From sequence record NC_070936.1: a stretch of DNA of 64,000 bases. One strand, written 5' to 3'. The position numbers and the translations under genes are program-made. The notes under the pieces are model-generated. The model had not been told where the DNA came from. It was given only the letters and a program-made list of their open reading frames with translations, and ran no database searches. Numbering within the stretch: the first letter of the stretch is position 1; each line of letters starts with the position of its first letter. Positions 1 through 10,288 of the stretch are shown here, one piece after another.

Positions 1-108
1 CGCTATATGACATCTGCTTTAGAAGGTGCTTACATCTTTGATGGTGTAAGTGTATCCACTGTGGTTGTTGCTAATCAACCATCTGAAATTATTGTAACGG
101 TGTGTTAA
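1..108 (+). CDS. 3' end of a CDS truncated by the window start
   Basis: Frame 1 is open from base 1 (RYMTSALEGAYIFDGVSVSTVVVANQPSEIIVTVC) to TAA at 106-108, which overlaps the next ATG (TAATG coupling). Confidence 0.6.
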   Translation, partial: RYMTSALEGAYIFDGVSVSTVVVANQPSEIIVTVC

Positions 109-599
109 TGCAAATATGGTTAAACCGAGATGGTAAACTCGTTTCAAAACCAACTGTTGCTGGTATCCCTATTCCTAAAGATAAATTACAGGAACCGGTG
201 AATATCACTAAATTAGGTAACTTGGTTTATGTCTTACGCTTTGACGAGGAGACGGATGCTTATCTCACTATCTTCAGAAAGGACATAAGTCTAACACCAA
301 GACTCCTTAAACTTCATGGTGTTCAACAACGTGAAGATCCTCAGAAACTCGCTGAGATCGTATTCAGTAAACTACTGTCGTTTGATAACAATCGCTTAGG
401 TAACCGTGATCGCAATATCGCACTACCTATTGTCAGACCTCTGTGTAGTGAATTCTTCCGCGGTCATATTCAGACCCCTACAAAAATGCTGAACTATTCA
501 GCTTATAAAACAATGCTGACCTTATTTGACCAAGATGGTAAAGGTGTGCTTCGTGTCAGCTATGTAAAACTTTCTCGTTCAATAAAGGATAGCCTGTAA
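108..599 (+). CDS. hypothetical protein
   Basis: ORF track 102..599; ATG at 108 is coupled to the upstream stop; no recognisable motif. Confidence 0.7.
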   Translation: MQIWLNRDGKLVSKPTVAGIPIPKDKLQEPVNITKLGNLVYVLRFDEETDAYLTIFRKDISLTPRLLKLHGVQQREDPQKLAEIVFSKLLSFDNNRLGNRDRNIALPIVRPLCSEFFRGHIQTPTKMLNYSAYKTMLTLFDQDGKGVLRVSYVKLSRSIKDSL

Positions 600-1303
600 T
601 GATTGATATACTCGGTAACGCATTAAAATCTTCTTTGATGGAATGTAACAAAATCGAAAACCCTAATGACTATGCAAAAGAGTTATTAGAAACGATTAAC
701 CGTTATAAAACCAACATGTTTAAAATGTTGGCTGTAGATACCAAACTGGTTTATGATCCTAAAGAACTGGTACAGATTCGTATCTGTGGTTCTTGGCGTA
801 TCAGACCTGGGATGGATCGTAAACCTCAATTCCTCGAATCGTCTCCATTCATTCTTCATCTGAATGGTGTGATCCCAGCTATTGGTGAACGTAAGAACCG
901 GGAATCTTCTTATAACTTGGGTATTGATATCAGTGATATTATTGATGTCGAGAAACTCAACATGCTTAAAACTGATTGGTATACTGGAAGCGTACAGGAA
1001 AACGAAGATGATGAAACTTCTGCTTTTGATATGCCTGGCGTCTATATGTTTGGCGATCGTCAGGCGACTGAGGTAATTGATATTACCCTTCAGTTCAGCG
1101 CTCATGTTTACCATCACGTTGTTTCTGAGTACGAACGTAAATCAGCAGAACGTATGGCTAACGACCCTAAACTGTCTAATGAAGTCCTTCGTAAACGTGC
1201 TGAGCAAAAGGAACGTGCGATGGGTTATGATTTGACTGATGTCTTTAATAAACGTGTTGGGGTAAGTAAGCCGCAATTAAGCGCTGCACAAATGCGTCGT
1301 TAA
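599..1303 (+). CDS. hypothetical protein
   Basis: 234-aa ORF, TAATG-coupled to the previous gene. Confidence 0.75.
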   Translation: MIDILGNALKSSLMECNKIENPNDYAKELLETINRYKTNMFKMLAVDTKLVYDPKELVQIRICGSWRIRPGMDRKPQFLESSPFILHLNGVIPAIGERKNRESSYNLGIDISDIIDVEKLNMLKTDWYTGSVQENEDDETSAFDMPGVYMFGDRQATEVIDITLQFSAHVYHHVVSEYERKSAERMANDPKLSNEVLRKRAEQKERAMGYDLTDVFNKRVGVSKPQLSAAQMRR

Positions 1304-1330
1304 CTTTCAGCATAGCTGATAGGAATAGAA

Positions 1331-1906
1331 ATGAAAATCATTGAACGTATCAATCAAAGAGAATTGATAAAGTTAGACTCTGCACAAGGCTTTTATAATC
1401 TCTTACCTAATCCCCAAATTAATGCAACGTTAGATTTGCACTTGGATGATTACAACAGGTATCTTGGTGTTGAAGCCACAGACAAGTGGGGAATACATCT
1501 TTATGTTAGGAAACTTTCGGTAGTTTGGTTTTATACCGATAAACGCGGTGTGTATCTGGAATACTGGTCTCCAATTGGCGGTACAGATTTCACGCTTCAC
1601 ATTCAGTGGAAAGAGTTAGGCTTGCGAGTCGAACATATTCCAGAAAGCGTTGTGGAGAACTATCTCCCAATGATTAAGAACAAAATGATGACTACATACT
1701 TCCAGTTTATCATTACCCGTGGAAGTAAATGTAGAAAAGCCATTCTTGAAGCCCTACGATCTATTGAGACAGTTGAACGTATGTGGCATATCAATAATGA
1801 GTTTTCAATCATTCAGGAAGGTGGTCTGTACCATCTATATCGGGGTCGTACTTTACGTCGTGGCTATATTCCTCTCGAAGCTATTACCCCTCATCTTTTA
1901 ACCTAA
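1331..1906 (+). CDS. hypothetical protein
   Basis: 191-aa ORF with AGGA-type RBS, followed by a hairpin. Confidence 0.7.
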   Translation: MKIIERINQRELIKLDSAQGFYNLLPNPQINATLDLHLDDYNRYLGVEATDKWGIHLYVRKLSVVWFYTDKRGVYLEYWSPIGGTDFTLHIQWKELGLRVEHIPESVVENYLPMIKNKMMTTYFQFIITRGSKCRKAILEALRSIETVERMWHINNEFSIIQEGGLYHLYRGRTLRRGYIPLEAITPHLLT

Positions 1907-1913
1907 CGACAAA

Positions 1914-1950
1914 ATACCCCTACCCCTCCGTAAGGAAGGGTAGGGAGTAT
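1914..1950. terminator. repeated intergenic hairpin, copy A (GTAA loop), probably a bidirectional terminator
   Basis: atacccctacccctccgtaaggaagggtagggagtat, an inverted repeat between convergent genes. Confidence 0.75.
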
Positions 1951-1963
1951 ACAATTAAATTTT

Positions 1964-2602
1964 TTATGGGTTTCTTGCTTTCAACTGATCTTCTAACTGT
2001 TTGATGTAAGCATACAGTTGTTGATTCTCAGTTGTCAGTTCTTCAATGCGAACTACGTCTGAAGGATTGCTAGTGATTGCTTGCTGACGTGTGTTTTCCC
2101 ATGCATCTGCCTGTTCTTTAGAAACATAACCACGAGTGGGCATTGTTCCTATAACAGTTCTCGGATCTTGGATACCAACAGAATTTTTGATGTACTCATT
2201 AAAATGAGCAATTACTGAATTGATACGATCTTTGAAAGCAGGTGGACACGCACCCAAATCAGAGATAATACAAACACGTTCATAGATCACACCATCAACT
2301 AGAGGGAATGATTTAAGATACGTCGATAAAAGATACGTATCAGGTCTTCCACGACTAGTCAGTACAATGACTACAGCTTCAGCTGCGATAGCTTGGTCCA
2401 GATAAGTTTGATACTGGTCTTGAGTAATACCAACCGGTTCAAACACGAGTTTGTAAATATCTTCTTTATCAGCTTGCATCTCAGGAATAGTGCGCACAGC
2501 TTCGACAGTATAGTAAATCTTTGGATCGACTACATTACTGAAAGGATTTTCAGCTTCGAAGGAACCTGCAGCCCAAATTGCTGGAATTAAGTTCTGACTC
2601 AT
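1964..2602 (-). CDS. putative virion structural protein (phiKZ-like)
   Basis: 212-aa ORF overlapping the 443-aa gene by 4 nt, with a coiled-coil C-terminus; structural role inferred from context. Confidence 0.55.
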   Translation of the reverse strand: MSQNLIPAIWAAGSFEAENPFSNVVDPKIYYTVEAVRTIPEMQADKEDIYKLVFEPVGITQDQYQTYLDQAIAAEAVVIVLTSRGRPDTYLLSTYLKSFPLVDGVIYERVCIISDLGACPPAFKDRINSVIAHFNEYIKNSVGIQDPRTVIGTMPTRGYVSKEQADAWENTRQQAITSNPSDVVRIEELTTENQQLYAYIKQLEDQLKARNP

Positions 2603-3930
2603 TCAGGAATTACCTTATCTTTGACAAATTGATAACGGGAGATCATCGTAAGCTTAACTTTAGATGAACGTCTCGTAATATACAGTTTGCCATCTTTGAT
2701 AACACGCTGAATACCTTTTGGAGGCATACCATCTGGAGTAACAATCTCACCAGCTGCGAGCATCTCTTCTAAGTCGAAGATAAACTTAACAGTGTCTTTA
2801 GACATCATACCTGCCTGAGAGTCAGTAGAAGGAATCAACTGGTAGTCAGGGAAGATGTCGCGGATCTTATCACGACCTGCATGGTTCTTAGGTTTCCCTA
2901 CGAAAGCCATGTGAGCCGACTTGTACAGATGAGGTACAATCTGAGTCGATTCTATGACGCTGTTCTCACCCCAAAGGCTTGCGTACTTCTTAGGTAAGTC
3001 TAAACCACCTTTAACGGTGTAGATTGGGGTAAACGTTGAACCAGCGATGGTTTCATTCTCAAGACCGATTTCATTCCAATAAGGAACAATCGCAAACTCA
3101 AGCGGGTTGAACAAGTCTGGGATAATATCAGCCCAGTCAGTTTCAGGATGCTTGGAGTGAGTGAGAATACACTCTTTGATCTTCTCGTACGTTTCTTCTT
3201 CTGCGTCATTAGGGTTGCCATAGTAAATGACAGTCCAATCTCCGCGGTTATAATGAGGAACGTTGATCAGGTCATAGATGTCAAAGGACATTACAATACG
3301 TGCAGTATACGGATTGGTATTATCACCAACTAGTTTCTGCACACGATCTTCGATCATCGCTGTGGTTTCATCAGCTAAGCGCTGAGCAACTTGTTTATAG
3401 TTCTTATCAGCAAGGAAATCGATATCGTCGATCGGGATAGGGTGAATAACATAGATTTCACGATATGGGAATTCGACACGGAAATATTCGTTAGCGAACC
3501 AGATCTTGAATTCTGATGTTACCTTACCTACAGTTAAAGTGAAGGAAATACTAGACGGCAACCAAATTGCGTTGTTGGTGACCATCACACTAACATCTTT
3601 CCATTCCCACCCTTTAGTGTAGGTTGCTTTAAGTAATTGGAGACAACCCTGAGAAGATTCGGTTGTTTTGTTTTGAGTAGCTTGGTCGTATAACCACTTA
3701 CACATGTTGAGAACTGGTGTTGCAAATTCCTGAGGAACTTTCTCATACATGGAAGTTTCAGAGACACCACGGAACACATGGAGATCTACTGGGTTATCGG
3801 GACCGAAATAAATATCAGGTTCTTTGGAGTAGGTCATCGTACTGTTGGTTAATTCACCAATGGGGGAAGTTGACCCATTGATCACCAAGTCATGAACCAC
3901 AGCAAAGCAACTATACAGAGTTGTTGACAT
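2599..3930 (-). CDS. putative virion structural protein (phiKZ-like)
   Basis: 443-aa ORF; size and context resemble conserved phiKZ-like virion genes (recalled, not searched). Confidence 0.6.
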   Translation of the reverse strand: MSTTLYSCFAVVHDLVINGSTSPIGELTNSTMTYSKEPDIYFGPDNPVDLHVFRGVSETSMYEKVPQEFATPVLNMCKWLYDQATQNKTTESSQGCLQLLKATYTKGWEWKDVSVMVTNNAIWLPSSISFTLTVGKVTSEFKIWFANEYFRVEFPYREIYVIHPIPIDDIDFLADKNYKQVAQRLADETTAMIEDRVQKLVGDNTNPYTARIVMSFDIYDLINVPHYNRGDWTVIYYGNPNDAEEETYEKIKECILTHSKHPETDWADIIPDLFNPLEFAIVPYWNEIGLENETIAGSTFTPIYTVKGGLDLPKKYASLWGENSVIESTQIVPHLYKSAHMAFVGKPKNHAGRDKIRDIFPDYQLIPSTDSQAGMMSKDTVKFIFDLEEMLAAGEIVTPDGMPPKGIQRVIKDGKLYITRRSSKVKLTMISRYQFVKDKVIPE

Positions 3931-3984
3931 ATTGCAACCTTTTAGCTATAATGAAACATATTTTTGAAAAGTGGTGGACACAGC

Positions 3985-4389
3985 ATGAACTTCTTTCTGA
4001 GGGAACTAATCAATAGGATAATTAGTTACTTTATCCGAGTATCCAAAGGTGACTCATATGAAGACAAGATAGAACACTTGTTACGTAAGTCACTCTTATT
4101 CACATTTATGGCTTTGATTTTTGCTCTCACCATGACCTCTAAATATTTGGTAGCCAACTGGTACCTAGAAGATTTAGAGAAGAGTCTAAATAAAGTTGAC
4201 ACCTTCATGGTTGAGCAGCAAGATAACATGAACAGTCTTTTCCGTATTAACGGTGATCAGTTGAAACAGATCGATAAACTCACTCATGAGAATAACGACT
4301 TGGAGACTGATATCCGTACGTTACTCCACAACCAAGCTATCTTGGAAAAGGAGAACAAGGATCTACGGAAAAAGCTGGGTAAGAAATAG
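3985..4389 (+). CDS. membrane-anchored coiled-coil protein
   Basis: One hydrophobic helix (LLFTFMALIFALTM) followed by a heptad-rich C-terminus; ATG at 3985 follows GGTGGA. Confidence 0.6.
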   Translation: MNFFLRELINRIISYFIRVSKGDSYEDKIEHLLRKSLLFTFMALIFALTMTSKYLVANWYLEDLEKSLNKVDTFMVEQQDNMNSLFRINGDQLKQIDKLTHENNDLETDIRTLLHNQAILEKENKDLRKKLGKK

Positions 4390-4449
4390 TAAATTAAGAC
4401 AAGGATGTCCATTAGTTGTTACATCACAAATTGGCAGGTATAACTAACA

Positions 4450-5871
4450 ATGAACATTGTCTACTATATCGTAAGTTCTTTTATCAAAGATAAAAATGTC
4501 GGACTATCTGGCGGTCATGGCTATTCTTACGATCCCGGTAATGAGAGCAAGCGTAAGTTACAGAAAGACGTACCAACAGTTTATGGATACTACGTTAATG
4601 GTAACTATCAAAATATCGCAGTGGATCAGATCGATATTTATAATGGTCGTATCCTAAACCAACCAAATGAAGTTGACGCTTATCTCACTCATCTGGAACT
4701 GATCATTAATAAATGGTTAGAAGAGAAGAAAGATGGCAACAAACTTTTGGTAATTAGTAACTGTGTCAAAGCGCACAAGATGCTTGAGAAAAACAAGTGT
4801 CCTGATCAGTACAATGCAGAACTGTTCAAACGTGTTTATGCTTTGATTCAGGAACATAAGAAAGATATCATCCACGATATCGAGTATTATGCAAAAGGTG
4901 GTGAAGGTCCTAAGACAGCTCATAAACAATTGGAACTCGCAATTGCGTTGGCAGATTTACCCAATCCAGATGCTGTCACTCTTGACAAAATGGATGTTAA
5001 AGAGTATAAGAACCCAGAGATCGATTTCAATAAGTTGGTTACCGCAACTCGCTGGTATTTCAATACTGGTGATAAATCAACTTTCCATGATGTCGATGAA
5101 CAAGGGTATCGTCACTATACCTTTGGTCGGGTTGACCCGGATAAGAACTATTATGGTAAGGCAACACCAGATGTGTACTATTCTGCATTGTACACTAAAA
5201 CACCTATTAAGGTTTTGGATAAACTGTTCGCTTTCTGTCAGAAGAACAAGCCAAACCCTTACAACATCATGGCAGCCGGTAACTTGAACCACATCAAATC
5301 AAAAGAGATCGCTCGCGTTATCGATACGATCCCTGGAACATTTGGTAAGAAAGAGTTAGTTGCCCCAATGACGTTAGGTAATAATGAAGGTGCTAATCTG
5401 GTTGAATTCATTGACCCACCTGGATTATCTTACCGCATTCGTGATTTCCATGCCAAGCTGGATGCTATCTTCCGTTTCTGGAGAAAGCGTGATGAGAACG
5501 GGTGTTATCAGAAACATAAGTTTATTGATATCACTGAGTTGTTCTTTGTCAAGGATCCTAAAGGCAAATGGAAAATCCATCCGGACTTCACTAACAACAC
5601 TTTGAAAATGCCGGTGTCTATTGAAGCTCCTGGTTGTATTAAACCAGTTACGATCAATTTGAGTATGAAGTTCGATACTCCTGAACGTAATGCTTTAAAC
5701 AGTTTGATTGTGAATAAAGTAGAAGATATTAAAGTCTTCCTTGCTTTAGATTTCAGTGACGACTCTGGTGTTAGTTATTGCACCATTGTACATACTCCTG
5801 AATTTGATTACATTCATTCTAATAGCATCGCTAACCTTCGGGTTTACAGTTTGAAAGAGCTGGGCAAATAA
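4450..5871 (+). CDS. RNase H-like protein (phiKZ gp155-like), apparently with a degenerate active site
   Basis: GGHGYSYD N-terminal motif and YTFGRVDPDKNYYGKATPDVYYS match my recollection of jumbo phage RNase H; expected catalytic D/E positions read S/N/H. Confidence 0.6.
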   Translation: MNIVYYIVSSFIKDKNVGLSGGHGYSYDPGNESKRKLQKDVPTVYGYYVNGNYQNIAVDQIDIYNGRILNQPNEVDAYLTHLELIINKWLEEKKDGNKLLVISNCVKAHKMLEKNKCPDQYNAELFKRVYALIQEHKKDIIHDIEYYAKGGEGPKTAHKQLELAIALADLPNPDAVTLDKMDVKEYKNPEIDFNKLVTATRWYFNTGDKSTFHDVDEQGYRHYTFGRVDPDKNYYGKATPDVYYSALYTKTPIKVLDKLFAFCQKNKPNPYNIMAAGNLNHIKSKEIARVIDTIPGTFGKKELVAPMTLGNNEGANLVEFIDPPGLSYRIRDFHAKLDAIFRFWRKRDENGCYQKHKFIDITELFFVKDPKGKWKIHPDFTNNTLKMPVSIEAPGCIKPVTINLSMKFDTPERNALNSLIVNKVEDIKVFLALDFSDDSGVSYCTIVHTPEFDYIHSNSIANLRVYSLKELGK

Positions 5872-5873
5872 AG

Positions 5874-5915
5874 CATACTCCCTTACCCTCCGCAAGGAAG
5901 GGTAAGGGTTATATG
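5874..5915. repeat. repeated intergenic hairpin, copy B (GCAA loop), identical to copy C
   Basis: catactcccttaccctccgcaaggaagggtaagggttatatg at a convergent junction. Confidence 0.85.
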
Positions 5916-5927
5916 TTTGTTTCTTTT

Positions 5928-6986
5928 TTAGTTCATGAATTCATCTGCTAATTGAGCAAGATACTTACCTGCTTCTTCAGAGACTTCTTCTTTCGCTAAT
6001 TTGATTGCGTCTTTCACAATCGCTTTGCTGGTTTTCTTCTCACCTATCTGCAATTGAGAATCAAGAGTAATAACTGCATCACGATATCTTGCAGCGATAG
6101 CTCCCAGTTCTTTATCTACAGCAACAGCACGAGAAAGACTACGACGTTTACCTTCGTCTACAGTATCTTTGTTAGCTTCGTTCAGCTTATCCAAAGCAAC
6201 GGTAGCTGAAGCAAGAATAGATTGCATGTCGCCAGCTGCATCGATTAGATCACGTGTAGCCATAGTCAGATTACTAACTTTGGTGCCAGTGAAGTCAGCT
6301 TCCAGTCTATCCACCTTGGCTGCCTTTTCGATAGCTTCAATGCTGGTGTTCAGAGAGGTCAGTGTTTCACCATTAGGATCGATACGTTTGATCTCTTTAA
6401 TATGACCCGCTACGCCAGCTAATTGACGTTTAACGGTTCCAGAGATACGTTCTATCGTTTCACTCTGAATCTCTTCATGACGGGCTTCTGCTTCGTCAGT
6501 AAGAGCCACTTCCTTGATCTTCTGATTGATAATCATCTTGTCAGAACTAGACAGGCGTCTGATAATACGAATTATCTCGTGGTTACTACCATCGGTAGCT
6601 AAACCATCAATGCCTTTGGTCGCTAGTTGTTTAACTTGTCTGTTAACGACATCCCCTTCAAGAGATTTTTTAGCTTTAGTGAATTGTCTAGCTGTATCAC
6701 CATTAATCCAATCTCTGATGGCACGCAGTAAGTTCTTGATCCACTCATAAACTTTCTGACCACCTTTCTTAACGTTATCAAGGAAACTTTCCTGACCTTC
6801 TACTTCGACCAAGTCAATACCATGAAGTTTAAGTACGGTATCTGCATAGACAGCGTCGCCGCTCAATTCATTATCACCAACACTTTCTTTAGCCAATTCA
6901 GCCAGGCCATTGGTGATGGCGCAAGTGTGTTCAAACTCTGATTCCAGAGATTCAAAACCAGTAATGTGTTTCAGTTCCATTTTCAT
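5928..6986 (-). CDS. phiKZ-like internal head protein with N-terminal propeptide
   Basis: Acidic N-terminal region ending GQE followed by SFLDNVKKGGQKVYEWIKNLL, the typical signature of phiKZ inner-head proteins; all-helical body. Confidence 0.7.
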   Translation of the reverse strand: MKMELKHITGFESLESEFEHTCAITNGLAELAKESVGDNELSGDAVYADTVLKLHGIDLVEVEGQESFLDNVKKGGQKVYEWIKNLLRAIRDWINGDTARQFTKAKKSLEGDVVNRQVKQLATKGIDGLATDGSNHEIIRIIRRLSSSDKMIINQKIKEVALTDEAEARHEEIQSETIERISGTVKRQLAGVAGHIKEIKRIDPNGETLTSLNTSIEAIEKAAKVDRLEADFTGTKVSNLTMATRDLIDAAGDMQSILASATVALDKLNEANKDTVDEGKRRSLSRAVAVDKELGAIAARYRDAVITLDSQLQIGEKKTSKAIVKDAIKLAKEEVSEEAGKYLAQLADEFMN

Positions 6987-7000
6987 TTTACCATTGGAAA

Positions 7001-7014
7001 GGGGCCGTAGCCCC
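7001..7014 (-). terminator. hairpin after the SNF2 gene
   Basis: Minus strand reads GGGGC-TACG-GCCCC-TTT. Confidence 0.5.
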
Positions 7015-7019
7015 ATTAA

Positions 7020-9119
7020 TTAAAAGATATCACTCAGAGAATAATTCTTGAATGAGACATGATGATCAAAGTGTTCAGAATCTAAGTTATAACCTTCCAT
7101 CCCGACCATATTCATCAAGTTCATTTTACCAGCAACAGCTTTGGTGTTAGCTCCACCCGCCATCGTTAGCTTACCACCACCAAGGAGAATTTCAACTTGT
7201 TCCTTAGACCATTCCATAATGTCAATAGAACGAGAGGTGATGTTTTCTTCAGATCCAGTATCAAGATCAATAAGGTAAACGAAACATTCGGCATCCTGAC
7301 CTTTACGATAAATACGAGCAATGGTCTGTTTCAACTCATAAGAGCGGAATGGGGAGTTCATCAGAATCAACTGGTTACACATCAATAAAGGGTAACCTTC
7401 ACGGAGTGTGTTGAAAGTAGTAATTAGCGGGTTGACATTTGGATCATTCTCAACCTGTTTAATTACCTTCTCAATATCACCAGAGTTCTCGCCATGTACA
7501 GAAATGGAATCGATACCTTCAGATTCGAAGTAAGTCTCAAGTTCTTTGATAACTTCTATATAGGAAGTATAAATCGCAGTTTTCTTTTGAACAGACTGAA
7601 TCATCTCTGGAAGTTTGGCATGTCGTATAATGTCCCTGACAGCCTCCATACGGGCTCTTGATAAAACACGCCCTAATGCCTCACCACGAATCTTAAGTCC
7701 CACATACTTGACTGCAGACTTAATATGACGGAAGTATTTGAGGTCATCTCCCTTGAGTTCTTTTTCGATATCCTTTTCAACTGAATGAGCAAATTTAGAT
7801 TTGTCAGAATCAGTAAAGTTGTTGTACCCATGTTTCTGGAAGTAGTTCACAATCTCAATGTACTTATCAAGACGGGCTTCTTCTTTAGCATCACCTTCTA
7901 TCCAAGTGCGATACTGTTCAACAAACTTTTCCCAGTCGGAAATATATCGAGGCATGTGTTCATTATAGAACATAACACGATCTTCGATAAAGTCCATCAT
8001 CACTGCTCTGATATTATTCAGAGTGTATTTCTCAGCTCCTGGGAATTTAACAGGTACAACTTCAGGTTCAGGTGGTTCGTCCATCCCCTCGACTTTAGTA
8101 ATCGTAAATTTAATTCTACCCAAACGGTGAGCCAGCATCTGACTCAAGAATTCATTATCACGACCATACATCTTCAAGAAGTCAGTCTGAACATCCTTAT
8201 CAAAGAACTTATCGATAACAGTGAAGAGAGCAAAGGTTTCACGGCCTTGAGCTTTGATAGGTGTACCTGACATGAACAATACGTCTGAAACAAACTTATT
8301 AGAGCAGAGATCAATTAACCCCTGAGTTTGTTGTGACTTATATTCATTATAGTTGTGTGATTCGTCGACGATGACTTTGATGGGCTCTTTACCTTGCTTA
8401 GAGATAACGGAGATTAAACCATCGAATTCTCTACTACGGAGATTTTCTTTATAGATAATAAAGTAATCGGCGTCTGCATGGTTAAGCGGATCGGTCCCAT
8501 CTAAAGAAGTCCAGATCTTTGGAGTTTCTTTAAAATACTTAGTTGTCATCTCATTAACCCAAGGGGTCTGAACTAAGTGTTTTGGAACTACAATAATAGT
8601 TTTATAGGGAGAGATCATCTTGGACCAAACTAGGCTAGTGTATGTTTTACCACTACCTGGTTCAGCATCAAGTAAACAACCCCGTAACTGATACCCATAT
8701 TTTATACGAGAGTATCCTTCGAGAAACTCTTGTTGATCTGGGAAAGGTTTGAGTTTAAAACTTTTGAGTGCTTTATTAACATCGTAAGGCGGATAATCCT
8801 GGAATGTAGTTTCAATCCAGGTCTTGGCTTTGATCTCGTTATAGAGTTGATTGTATTTAAACATCCCAACCCGATAACGGTCTACCTGACGCTTGTTACG
8901 ATTAGTTGTAAAGTGGTCAAGAATCCATGCCAACTCCACCATAAAGAACTGGTGTATTTTGAAACGTCGGTTATTCAGTTTAGTGATCATTCGGCTAGCA
9001 ATTACAGATGTACCGAAGTTAGACTTAAGGTCCAACTCAAATGCATTTATATTAATACCGTTGATAACATAGTAGGAACCGACCTTTTCCACAGATGGCG
9101 AAAAGTTAAAGAATTCCAT
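7020..9119 (-). CDS. SNF2-family (SF2) helicase
   Basis: Walker A DAEPGSGKT, DESH box, MSGTP, motif VI QTIARIYRKGQ. Confidence 0.9.
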   Translation of the reverse strand: MEFFNFSPSVEKVGSYYVINGININAFELDLKSNFGTSVIASRMITKLNNRRFKIHQFFMVELAWILDHFTTNRNKRQVDRYRVGMFKYNQLYNEIKAKTWIETTFQDYPPYDVNKALKSFKLKPFPDQQEFLEGYSRIKYGYQLRGCLLDAEPGSGKTYTSLVWSKMISPYKTIIVVPKHLVQTPWVNEMTTKYFKETPKIWTSLDGTDPLNHADADYFIIYKENLRSREFDGLISVISKQGKEPIKVIVDESHNYNEYKSQQTQGLIDLCSNKFVSDVLFMSGTPIKAQGRETFALFTVIDKFFDKDVQTDFLKMYGRDNEFLSQMLAHRLGRIKFTITKVEGMDEPPEPEVVPVKFPGAEKYTLNNIRAVMMDFIEDRVMFYNEHMPRYISDWEKFVEQYRTWIEGDAKEEARLDKYIEIVNYFQKHGYNNFTDSDKSKFAHSVEKDIEKELKGDDLKYFRHIKSAVKYVGLKIRGEALGRVLSRARMEAVRDIIRHAKLPEMIQSVQKKTAIYTSYIEVIKELETYFESEGIDSISVHGENSGDIEKVIKQVENDPNVNPLITTFNTLREGYPLLMCNQLILMNSPFRSYELKQTIARIYRKGQDAECFVYLIDLDTGSEENITSRSIDIMEWSKEQVEILLGGGKLTMAGGANTKAVAGKMNLMNMVGMEGYNLDSEHFDHHVSFKNYSLSDIF

Positions 9120-9136
9120 AGTAAGGACCTATTGAA

Positions 9137-10240
9137 ATGAACGAAAAAGAATTTGAATTCGAAAGTGATAACCACTATAACCTGTATGCTTTTGCGGAGC
9201 TGACTCAAAAGAAAGTATTTGAGGATTCAGCTTTTAAAGTTGAAAACCAGGATTACCACGATCGTTACAAAGTATCCTTGGGTGGGTACATTTGGTATGT
9301 CGCTGCTAAGTTCATTGGTAAATTCTGGCTGATGCTGGAACAATGTGAATACCAACAACTTGAAGCAATTATTGCTGAAGAAAAAGATGTTAAGGAAGGT
9401 CCATACATCCCTTATGAGAAGATCACTGGTGATGTTGATATGTCGGGTCCTTTCTATGAACTCGTTGGTGAGGATTTCATCAGCGTTGAAAATCGCATGA
9501 GCGGTTTGGTTAAAGCAGTAGCACAGAACATTCGTGAAACTGCAACAATCATCAATGAAGAAATGGAACTGGTCGCTAAAGACGGTGATATCGTTAAGGA
9601 CTTTGATGGTTATGTTACTTTTGACACCAAGCTGGGCCTCGACTTTAATGTAGGTCTGTGCTTTGACAAGATCAAACCAATTGCTGAAGATAATGCATCG
9701 GCTTGGATTGAACGCACTCCTATCACTCAAGAATATCTGGATACTTATTTCCCTAATGCGGGTAAACGTATTCTGGGTAAACTTGATCAAGTCAACTCTC
9801 TGGTTAAAGCACTGTTTGAATCTAAGACAGTTACTCGTAACCCTGAACTTGTTGAATATGCGGGCTGGTTGGTCACGGGTACGCTTGTGAACGCCTATCT
9901 TAATCAGAACGTAACTTACATCAGTTTCGGCGGTAAGGACAACTGGAGTGTTCTGGGTAAGGAAACTAAGAACAACCTGGCTTGCTTTAAATACCTGGAT
10001 CAGGAAGTCGAATACATTATCAAAATGTTGGATGGTATTGAGAAGACCGATGGTGTTGATATTTACTCTATGGATATTGATACCTTTGCTGTCTTCGGTC
10101 GTAACTTCGATAATAAAGTCGTTACGGAAGCATTGCAAGGTTATGTTCAGCCTCTGTTGGATAAATACTCCAAAGGTTTCGAGCAATGTTTAGCTACCCG
10201 TATGGCAATGATCGATAACCAACACTTCTTTAAAGCATAA
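9137..10240 (+). CDS. hypothetical protein
   Basis: 367-aa acidic ORF with strong phage codon bias. Confidence 0.8.
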   Translation: MNEKEFEFESDNHYNLYAFAELTQKKVFEDSAFKVENQDYHDRYKVSLGGYIWYVAAKFIGKFWLMLEQCEYQQLEAIIAEEKDVKEGPYIPYEKITGDVDMSGPFYELVGEDFISVENRMSGLVKAVAQNIRETATIINEEMELVAKDGDIVKDFDGYVTFDTKLGLDFNVGLCFDKIKPIAEDNASAWIERTPITQEYLDTYFPNAGKRILGKLDQVNSLVKALFESKTVTRNPELVEYAGWLVTGTLVNAYLNQNVTYISFGGKDNWSVLGKETKNNLACFKYLDQEVEYIIKMLDGIEKTDGVDIYSMDIDTFAVFGRNFDNKVVTEALQGYVQPLLDKYSKGFEQCLATRMAMIDNQHFFKA

Positions 10241-10244
10241 CAAA

Positions 10245-10286
10245 CATACTCCCTTACCCTCCGCAAGGAAGGGTAAGGGTTATATG
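10245..10286. repeat. repeated intergenic hairpin, copy C (42/42 identical to copy B)
   Basis: Same 42-mer as 5874..5915; convergent junction. Confidence 0.85.
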
Positions 10287-10288
10287 CT

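Noticed and set aside
3985-4389. Holin or spanin call for the TM coiled-coil protein
   Set aside because: Not adjacent to the endolysin and no partner lipoprotein gene; kept as a generic membrane protein.
6987-7016. Upstream extension of the 362-aa ORF (MGLRPLSNGK)
   Set aside because: Overlaps the terminator hairpin after SNF2; the true start is more likely 6986 or 6980.
9227-10186. 319-aa antisense ORF
   Set aside because: Exact shadow of the codon-biased 9137 gene; no RBS or motif. The same applies to the many other antisense ORFs in the track.
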